Of a stretch of 64,000 nt of DNA, positions 56,160-64,000 are shown piece after piece. The notes under the pieces are model-generated. The model saw nothing but the letters and a program-made list of their open reading frames with translations, had not been told where the DNA came from and ran no database searches. The stretch comes from Cladosporium halotolerans (taxonomy: Eukaryota): positions 1-64,000 of the forward strand of contig NW_027191509.1 in assembly GCF_011745625.1 (NCBI RefSeq). Direction: 5' to 3'. The translations under genes and the position numbers were made by a program. Position 1 is the first letter of the stretch; the number at the start of each line of letters is the position of its first letter.

Positions 56160-57664
56160 ATTAGCCACCCGTCTTCCGAGTAACCAACGGCGGAGGCGTT
56201 CTTGTGAGACCACACCGCAGAACCAAAACCCAACACGACACACAATAATACGACGACCCCACGACAGAACAGCATGGACAGAACACATCCATCCCACATC
56301 ACGCCAACACCAGCGCCGCGCGTCCTCATCACCAACCACATTCCCCCCCCCAAAACAAAGCGCCACGCAGAAGACGCAGGAAAAACACCAACGCTCCAGC
56401 ACAAGTCCCCCACACATCTCAGAACAACCTCATTGGACTCGCCCCGATTCCAAATCCCAAACGCCCTCGCGCGACCAACCAAAAACACCCAAAGGCCGTA
56501 GGTAAGCACACGCACGCCGCGTGACAGGCCAGCTACCGCACCGCACCGCGCGTAAGGAAATCGCGAACACGAACGGCACAGCATAAAAAGGTCGAGGTAC
56601 ACGAACCCAACAGAAAAGCCACAATATATTCGCGACAACTCAGCTCGTCATCTGCTGACTGCTGCCGGGCCAGGGCCAGTGAGAGGCGGCCACGGATCTT
56701 GCCTTTTGCGCGGGACCATATGCAGGGTTTCGGCGAGGGATGTTGTCGAGCGACCAACCATTGGTTTCTACCTCGACTTGAGTGTAGGGCTACTGTAGGC
56801 GTGCTCTCCCATCCCGCGCGTGGTGAGGTGGGATGTCTAGCTCTGCGCTCGCGTTTGCGCAGCTTGCGGATGCTTGTTGCTGCAGGGCTTGAGAGGCGCG
56901 GCGGCGGTGCGGTGAGGTGAAGTCGGAAGGTAGGGCGCATCCTGCCGGGTGACTGGTTTGATTGACGGCCGGACATGTAGCTACGACGCTGAAGGTGTGG
57001 GACGGGGCTCGCAGTGTTTACGCGCGTTCGAGGCGTCGTCGATCTGTGTTCGTATGCTGAGGGCTGGCAGGTATAAGTCTTAGCCGGAGGGCGGGTCGAC
57101 GTTGCGGATGTTTTTTCTTCTATCTCACTACTAGAGATTCGTGGGAGCGCCGACAAGGCAGTACACTCAGTGAGCAGGGATCGGCAGTTGGGCTCGGCGT
57201 ACTGGGGGACTTGCTCGTTGCCAGCGCTCGGTGTCGAGGTCTGGCGGGACGGTTGACAGGGTGGGTGGAGTGTTGTGGCCTGATCTCAGTGAGAGTGGGC
57301 GATAGGAGACCTGAGTGCCGTGACTAGCTCTGAGCATCAGAGAAGTGTCGGGATGTTGCGAACGGAATGTTGCGTGGGACTCGAGGACATTAAGCGTCGG
57401 ATTTGAAGACGTCCAGAACCGAGATCGTTCGCTACATGTTGCGAGCCTTCGGCGATTTCATGGAGACAAACGAGTCCTCATGTGATCTGCTTCAGAGGCA
57501 ACTCCTAGGGCCCGTCAAGTGAGAAGCGAACGAAGTTTGTCCCAGTGGTTTGACGTTCGAAAGCGTTCCTTGGATATCTCGTAGTATTTCCGTGACACCG
57601 ACATACCGTATTGAAGCTGTAAATCGGTTGATCTTCCAACAATCCCATCAATCACACTCCCTTC

Positions 57665-60382
57665 TCACTCCTCAAACCCATCATCAACAGCACCACCACC
57701 ACCTCCCTCCCCCTCCCTCGGCGCCCTCGCCTCCTGCTTCCTCCACAACCCCGCCAGAAACTCATTCGAACTCGCCTCCTCCAACCCCTTATCCTCCCTA
57801 ACCCTCAAAAACCTCGGAAACCTCAGACTCAACCCCCTCTCCTCACTCACCAACCCAATAGCAGCCGTATACGTCGGGCTCAGCGTGACATCCGCAAACG
57901 CCATCTCCCACACCTCCTGCGGCTCAAACCACACGGCCGGCTGCGCGCCGCGGTACTCGACGTACGCCGGCTGCCCGCCGCCAAGCGTGTTGTCGCCCTC
58001 CTCGCTGTACCGCTCTTTGTTCGCCTTGTAGAAGGCGTCCGTGAAGCCGCTCATGCACTTCGTGACGACCTCGAGCCCGCCCGTCTCCGCGCTGCGGCAC
58101 GCGAGCAGGATCGGCGACCACCAGGCGTTCTTGCGCCCGCTGCCGTGCCAGCCGCCGACGGGGATCAGGTCGATGGTGTCGGCGTGCGAGGCGTAGTCTT
58201 TTTTCACTTTGAGCCAGGAGTCGAGGCGTTTGTCGGGTTCGTAGGTGGCGAGGAGGGCTTTGCGGCGGGTTGAGGGAGGTTTGGGGGTGGTGGAGTCGGG
58301 GTCGTCTGGGGGGTCGGTGGGGGTTGGGTTGGTTTTGTTCTTGGGTTTGGGTTTCTTTTTGGGTTTGGAGGGGGTGGGAGGGGGTAGTTTAGGTTGTTGG
58401 TCGGCTGGGATGTCGATGTCCATTTCGGCTTGTAAGTCCGGGTTTGGAAGGTTGTCGAGGACTTTCACCATAATGCCTTCACATTTGATGTCGGTTGCTT
58501 GCTTGAAGAAGTCGGAGACGAGCTCTTGGTCTGCAGAGGTGGCGTCAAGGCTCTTGACCCAGCTGAAGTGGTTGGGGATCTCGATGAAGAGTGATCGTAG
58601 CAGATTTCTGCGCTCGCGGAAGGGTCTGTCCAGGAGCTCTTCGCCGTTCAAGTACATTAGATCGAACGCGAAGAGGCAGACGTCTACCTTAACCGATCCG
58701 ATGACTACATCTTTCCTTGCTCGATTTGCTAGTACTTGAAAGGGCTTCAGGTCGCCGGTCTCGCGGTCGACGGCCACGACTTCGCCCTCCATAATGAAGC
58801 TGCTAATGCCTTCGCCGCGAATCTTAGGTATCAGCGCGACGAGATCAGGGTACTTCTCCGTCATGACTTCGAGATGTCGGCTGAAAATCGTGACCTTCCC
58901 CTTCTCGTCGCAGTGAACCTGCGCGCGCTGGCCGTCATACTTGAACTCACAGCTGAAGTCTCGTCCTTGCAACCTGGTGAGCATCTCTCCCAGATCTCGA
59001 GTAATCCCACCCAGCATAGGTCGTAGGGGAATGTGCATCGCAAGACCACAACGGAGCAACAGCTCATCGTCAATCCCGATTTCAAGCAGTGTGGGAACGA
59101 GATCATTATAGTTAGGTCTCCTCGCAAAGCAAGCTTTCACCAGCTCTTCTGCTGGGGCATAGACCTCCGCCAACTCCTGCTTGCTCAATTTTGCCAGCTC
59201 TGATTGCTGTTTGATGGCATATTCTGCGCCAGGCGGTCTGGAAATGAGGAATGCGCGCGAAAGTGCAATCAACATGGTGGTCTTCACCGCGCCTATCCGC
59301 AGATGCTGCACGAGTGTACGCACAACGTATCTGCTCTCTTCGGCCCCCCGCGCGTCTTGGATGAGCCTGTCGACTATCCGCTGCTTGTTGTCCACACTAC
59401 CCTGACCTTTAGTGTTTGCGATCTTGACCAGGCCGTCGAACACCCCTTGGATAGTCAACGGTTTGGGCTTCCGCAGGGTCATGCTCTGCCGCTTCTTCGC
59501 CTCGAACGCCACGTCGCCGGCATCGCCGTGTTTGTCAGACAGCTTCTTCAAGCCCTGGTTGTCCAGGCCGCAGACCTTTTTCAGCGCCTTACTGATCGCG
59601 CTACCGCCCAGACCGAGTTCGAGGTCGATGTATGGCGGTGCGATGGAATTGGTCGCGAGCCAGACGGCAGGAAGTAAGGAGTCCGGGTCGCCTTCGATTA
59701 TTGTCCGGAGTAGATTCACTAGTGTGTCGACAATCTTGATCCTAGACTGGGTGCTGTTGATGAGTATAAAGCCTTGTGTCAGGAGAGCATATGTGATCCT
59801 GCCGCCTTCTGGTTCCCACTGCTTCTGCAAATCAGGCAAGTACTTCTGTGGGTTGAAAGTCATGGGTGACTCGTCGAATGGCACAGTATAGCTTGTCGTG
59901 TCTTCTTCCGCTGTTGCTGATTGCAGAGAAAGTGTGTCTTTCCTGCCAAATGATGCGAATGGATTGACGGTAGGTTTCTTTTCGGGCACTGTGTTTGCTT
60001 CATCGTCTGCAATCGGTGGGGCAGAACCCTCTGATTCTTCTTTCATTCCCTGGTCCTCTGTAACATCAGGCGGTTTCTCCTCTTCCTCGCCATGTCCCTG
60101 ACCATTGACCTCACTATTCCCGTTCACCTCTCGCAACCGATCTTGCTCATCATATTCCGCCTGCAGCTTACGCGCCAACTCTTCGTCCGTCAATGCCGGC
60201 TCCTGCCCAATGCCTCCCACAGCATCTGCTCCTCCTGAGTACAAGTCTTCATCCTCTGGGATTCCTTCAGTTTGCTCTTTTCTTGAGGCTTGCTGTTTGC
60301 CAAAGAAGAAGTCCAAGCTGCGGACTGGCTGGTTGGAGGCTTGATGGTCGTTCTTCTTACGGCGTTTGCTGGGTGTACTCAT
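57665..60382 (-). CDS. ATP-dependent DNA ligase I family paralogue (S. pombe Adl1-like rather than Cdc9, by inference), 905 aa
   Basis: Motif I CEFKYDGQRAQVH, EGEVV, FDLMYLNG, CEGIMVK, YEPDKRLDSWLKVKKDY, GLSLRFPRFLRVREDK, plus an N-terminal DNA-binding domain. Confidence 0.92.
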   Translation of the reverse strand: MSTPSKRRKKNDHQASNQPVRSLDFFFGKQQASRKEQTEGIPEDEDLYSGGADAVGGIGQEPALTDEELARKLQAEYDEQDRLREVNGNSEVNGQGHGEEEEKPPDVTEDQGMKEESEGSAPPIADDEANTVPEKKPTVNPFASFGRKDTLSLQSATAEEDTTSYTVPFDESPMTFNPQKYLPDLQKQWEPEGGRITYALLTQGFILINSTQSRIKIVDTLVNLLRTIIEGDPDSLLPAVWLATNSIAPPYIDLELGLGGSAISKALKKVCGLDNQGLKKLSDKHGDAGDVAFEAKKRQSMTLRKPKPLTIQGVFDGLVKIANTKGQGSVDNKQRIVDRLIQDARGAEESRYVVRTLVQHLRIGAVKTTMLIALSRAFLISRPPGAEYAIKQQSELAKLSKQELAEVYAPAEELVKACFARRPNYNDLVPTLLEIGIDDELLLRCGLAMHIPLRPMLGGITRDLGEMLTRLQGRDFSCEFKYDGQRAQVHCDEKGKVTIFSRHLEVMTEKYPDLVALIPKIRGEGISSFIMEGEVVAVDRETGDLKPFQVLANRARKDVVIGSVKVDVCLFAFDLMYLNGEELLDRPFRERRNLLRSLFIEIPNHFSWVKSLDATSADQELVSDFFKQATDIKCEGIMVKVLDNLPNPDLQAEMDIDIPADQQPKLPPPTPSKPKKKPKPKNKTNPTPTDPPDDPDSTTPKPPSTRRKALLATYEPDKRLDSWLKVKKDYASHADTIDLIPVGGWHGSGRKNAWWSPILLACRSAETGGLEVVTKCMSGFTDAFYKANKERYSEEGDNTLGGGQPAYVEYRGAQPAVWFEPQEVWEMAFADVTLSPTYTAAIGLVSEERGLSLRFPRFLRVREDKGLEEASSNEFLAGLWRKQEARAPREGEGGGGGAVDDGFEE

Positions 60383-60480
60383 TCTGACCCTACGAGATGT
60401 GTCCGTACCGTGCGCTCATTAGAATGCTGGTTGATGCACTCACTGTAAACCGCATGGTGCGGCATGCATTCAATCAATTT

Positions 60481-60522
60481 ACGCGTGTTGGTGAGACGCG
60501 GCGCGCGATGGTGGTGACGTCA
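60481..60522. promoter_or_regulatory. MCB box (ACGCGT, 60481-60486), further CGCG cores and an ATF/CRE palindrome (TGACGTCA, 60515-60522) upstream of the DNA ligase
   Basis: Motifs lie 100-140 bp upstream of the ligase ATG. MCB boxes are typical of MBF-regulated replication and repair genes. Short motifs can also occur by chance in GC-rich DNA. Confidence 0.5.
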
Positions 60523-60837
60523 CGCAAAGCTGGATTGATCCAGCTCTCAAGGAACATTGGAAGTTTCCGTTTGCTATGTCTGGCCAGTGTGCCGGTATGT
60601 ATTGGTCCCATTTATCTAAAGCACAAGCTCTGAGTCCTTATTATCCCCCTTCTGTCAATACAAGTACAGATAGTATTTATGCTTCATATGAAATGCCACT
60701 CTCTAAGGAGACATTTCGGTCAATCAGCAGAAAGATTAATGAGACCTACATCCAATTCCAGTGATGATTCTATTTCACAGTTGCTGCGTCTACTGGTCGA
60801 TCGGAACTGTTACGACGGATCAGTTCTCGTCGAAGCA

Positions 60838-61860
60838 TCATTCATGTTGTCCACTCATCGAGCCCTGATCATGCAGGAGAAATTGGCCGACTATTTTCAC
60901 GACCTCCTCGGGGTCGTCCAGCATGGACATATGACCACTCAGCGGTAAGCGAACCCATTTCTTCCGAACAGTAGGTAAGTCGAAGTACGGGCGAACGACC
61001 TCGTCCGCTGCCTGATCGAATTCTCCATTCAATATCAGCATGCCTCCAGGAACGGCATCAGCAGTGATTTTGGCCAAGTCCGGCCGGAGATCGAATTCTT
61101 TCAAATAGTCGGAAAGCGTGGAAGATACAGTGTCGTCTTCTGTCATCGCGGCTACACACTCGAGCATTTCTTGCGGCCATGGGTCCAGCCGGCACATATA
61201 ATGGCGACTCCACTCTTCCAGTGCAGCTTTGTAGCCGTCTGTGTTCGTGTCCCCGTCCTGCTCAGCTTTCCTTGCAGCGTCGCCGAATGTCGATGGTAGA
61301 CTAGCCAGTTGGCTCTTGAAGATGCTTTCGCGATGCGCAATGACAGCAGTGGAGTTTGCCACTATCAATCTTCGTATTCCTCCAGGCTGCTGTGCTGCAA
61401 ATCTGGCGGCAAGTTGGCCTCCTCAGCTGTGGCCGAGCAAATCGAATCGATCGATTTTGAGGGCGTCGATGAGATTGCGCAATTCGGCAATGAATAGGTC
61501 GATTCCCCAGCAGTCGAAATCGCCCCTTTTCTCGCGAAGTCGAGTGCTCTGGCCGCAGCCTATCTGGTCGTAAGTGATGACTGGTATGCCGAAGTCAACC
61601 GTCAAGAGGCTGAGTGGTTTCATGTAGGCACAGGTAGCGCCGGGTCCTCCGTGTATGCAGATCAACGGTACACGTTTGCCATCAAGGCTCCCCCATAGCG
61701 AGTAGGACGTCTGGCACTTCAAGTCTGATCTCGGTGGAATGAAAGTGATAGTCCCCGTCTGGCTCGGTGGAGGGTATTTCCGCATCTGGCCAATTGGTCT
61801 CATGAAGCTCGAACGATCGGAAGATGTTGATTTGCCGCCATCACTGTATTCTTCGCGCAT
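60838..61860 (-). pseudogene. Proline iminopeptidase / L-amino-acid amidase-like alpha/beta hydrolase (peptidase S33) with a single in-frame TGA at 61423-61425
   Basis: IHGGPG, YDQIGCGQS, LLGHS*GGQLA, GEFDQ and SGHMSML motifs. ORFs 61423-61860 and 60838-61368 are in the same frame, giving 340 codons with one internal stop. Confidence 0.85.
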
Positions 61861-62272
61861 TTTAGACCTAGCACGAGTTCACTGAATTGTTGTGGGCATT
61901 GAAACTGGGAAGGATACTGAGAATATATCTAAGAGGCCAGATGACGCGAGCCCCCACTTTGCAGCGATCATCCCACGGCCGCCTTCCCTCCTGCAATTCA
62001 AATACCACGCGACAGTCAGGTGTTGTCTTCAAGGTTGTCTCGCTGGCAGAAATTGTCGTCAATGGCTGTTGCAGAAGTATTTCGTGAATCAGGCCAGAGA
62101 CAGATCGCTCTAAAAAAGCGGGCCTGAGATTTACCACTCCCTTCAGAACACACGCAATGCAGGCATCAAATAAGCATTGAAGACTCGACAAAATCAAGAC
62201 TGAGGCCAAGATGTGTAGTATTACCCGCAACTAAACGCCAAAGCCCAGCCCATGACCCACCCAAAACTATCC

Positions 62273-63358
62273 TCAAGGACACTCCTCCCCATCCGCATGC
62301 TCATGATACCTCGCACACAGGCCCCTTCCCGTCCACGGCTTACACCCGCCCGTATCCTCCCCTAGAACGACTCTCTCACCCTCACTCCTCCTTACGCAAC
62401 CCGCGCAAAAAGCCCGATCGCAAGCGACGCACTTGTCGTGGCTCACGCCCGGCTTCAGCACCTCCCTGCATCCCTCGCAGGCCTTGGTACTGCTGTAGCT
62501 GCTCGGCCGCCAGGCGACGAGAGAATGCCGCGCGATGCCTTCCGGTCCGGGCCGCTTGAGCTTGACGACGAGCTCGCGCAGGAACCGGGCGTGCCACTCG
62601 TCCTTGTGCGTCTCGAGCAGCTTGTCGGTCTTCTTGTACGCGAAGAGGTCGAGGATCAGAGACCGCAGGGGCGCGGAAGACCGGATGTGCTCGTACAGGA
62701 TGCGCGTGTCGGATGGCGTGGGGACCGAATTTGTCGCCTCGCTAAGCCGTGCGATGCTGCTCAGGATGTGGTTGCTGAGGGGCGTCGTGAGCAGGCGGTC
62801 GCTGAGTCCGTACAGGTCGATGAGCAGGAAGTATTTGGGGCTGCCAACGTGGTTGCGCAGGTCGCCGTCAGCGGCGGCGTCGGCTTGTACCAGCTGCGAC
62901 CACGGCGTGGGAGCGTGAACCATGTGATGAGGGAGGTGAGGAGCTTGGTACGCAGGCCCTGGGACAGTGAGGGATCCTGTGTAGAGCCATTGGAGGAACC
63001 ACTCGAATATCTCGGGTTTCTCCTCAGGGAGGCGCACGGTTTGGTCGAGGCCCTCTGCAAAGGTGGAGTTGAGTGCTGCGGCGAAGAATGGGCTTGCGCT
63101 TGTAAGGAGCTCTTTGTGTATAATGTAGCTGACTGGTGGTCTAGAAGTATTCTTCTCGTCGCCGACGACTACGGTAGCCATGGAAGTGAATGTGCGAAAC
63201 GCCGTACGTAGGGAGACTTTAGCAGGAGTCCGACCTGGGCGGGGCCGCGAAATGGGCGGCGGGGGCGAGGGTGCACTTCGATGCGATGAGTCCGATATAG
63301 ACGAAGCCGTAGGGGATGGTTGTTCATTCGCCGGTATTCCTTGTATAGTCATTGCCAT
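62273..63358 (-). CDS. BTB/POZ-domain protein with a Cys/His-rich C-terminus, ~361 aa
   Basis: VVVGDE...YIIHKELLTSASPFFAAALNSTFAEG...VRLPEEKPEIFEWFLQWLYTG. C-terminal CEGC...CVACDRAFCAGC...CARYHEH. ATG at 63358 chosen. Confidence 0.88.
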   Translation of the reverse strand: MAMTIQGIPANEQPSPTASSISDSSHRSAPSPPPPISRPRPGRTPAKVSLRTAFRTFTSMATVVVGDEKNTSRPPVSYIIHKELLTSASPFFAAALNSTFAEGLDQTVRLPEEKPEIFEWFLQWLYTGSLTVPGPAYQAPHLPHHMVHAPTPWSQLVQADAAADGDLRNHVGSPKYFLLIDLYGLSDRLLTTPLSNHILSSIARLSEATNSVPTPSDTRILYEHIRSSAPLRSLILDLFAYKKTDKLLETHKDEWHARFLRELVVKLKRPGPEGIARHSLVAWRPSSYSSTKACEGCREVLKPGVSHDKCVACDRAFCAGCVRRSEGERVVLGEDTGGCKPWTGRGLCARYHEHADGEECP

Positions 63359-64000
63359 AGCCGGTGTCACAGCGGGCGACCAAACGCCAGCGAAGGCGCG
63401 GACAGGCTGGTCTTGTGATGTTGCTGGGCTTGGAGGGAGGTTACGAAACCAGACAGGCTCCTCTGGCGGATCCAGTTTGGCAACCAAGACTGCGGCGTTA
63501 GATGATGCTGTGATGGGCGATAGCTCTGCTGAAGTTGACAGAGAAGAATATAGAGCAAGATATCCCTGGAGCACAGCGCATCGAACGACGAGGACAGACC
63601 GTGAGCGAACTTACAGACAGGAGGACGGGTTCACAGACCGCGTCCGGCCTTTAGTTTGCCATGCTTCAGAGCATCGCGCGAGGATATGTGTGTCTTTGTC
63701 GCAAGCGGCCAAACATGTGCGAGTGAGCCGGAAGCGGAAAGCCACTGCACTCCGGACACACGACTGTACCTGAACACCAGACAATGACATGATTATATTC
63801 AATTCATGGCCTCGATGGCCTCGTTGCAGAGAATTGCAGGCATTTCCATTGTTGCTTAGAGATTGAGAGATGCTGTGGATTCCGTTTGCTTCGCTAGCCA
63901 GGGTGTCACCTACCTACTCCGCTGCGGATTGTGTTTGTTCGCCAAGACTCACTGGAATGTACACGTTCCTACCAATGTGATGACCCAAATCCCCACTTGT

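Noticed and set aside
60761..60868. Possible box C/D snoRNA (GTGATGA ... CTGA)
   Set aside because: The D box falls inside the hydrolase coding end, and there is no terminal stem or recognisable rRNA guide.
61423..61425. Selenocysteine or alternative genetic code (TGA=Trp) explanation
   Set aside because: The conserved residue is Trp, not Cys; Dikarya lack Sec machinery; and TGA is the normal stop of many genes in this window.

Overview
Gene-dense, GC-rich chromosomal segment of a filamentous ascomycete (Pezizomycotina). The short GT-AG introns with CTRAC branch points and the gene content would fit a Dothideomycete, but that placement is inference. The window opens in the 3' end of an apparently intact Tad1-like LINE with an (ATC)8 tail. 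About 23 genes follow: Sec7/PH Arf-GEF, a 65-aa three-exon microprotein, HOP2, RBD2, GAA1, RBA50, HPC2, MRP4, an uncharacterised probable mitochondrial protein, two tandem J-domain paralogues, BSD2, MSN5, a conserved hypothetical, an ER TPR/J co-chaperone, a GH5 glycolipid glucosidase, OTU1, RSC1/2, a GTPBP2-like GTPase, a C2H2 transcription factor flanked by about 10 kb of non-coding DNA, a DNA ligase I paralogue, a stop-interrupted alpha/beta-hydrolase and a BTB protein. Four observations stand out. (1) A recurrent C/A-rich to G/T-rich strand-skew flip is centred about 120-460 bp upstream of the stop codon of most genes on either strand, and three further flips have no gene. (2) An otherwise intact prolyl-aminopeptidase-like ORF has TGA exactly at the Trp of GHSWGG. 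(3) The tandem J-protein pair carries reciprocal lesions: HPD lost in one, a +1 frameshift in the other. (4) The C2H2 gene has three introns of exactly 57 nt. No tRNA, rRNA or CRISPR was seen. All product calls come from motif recognition by eye; no searches were run.
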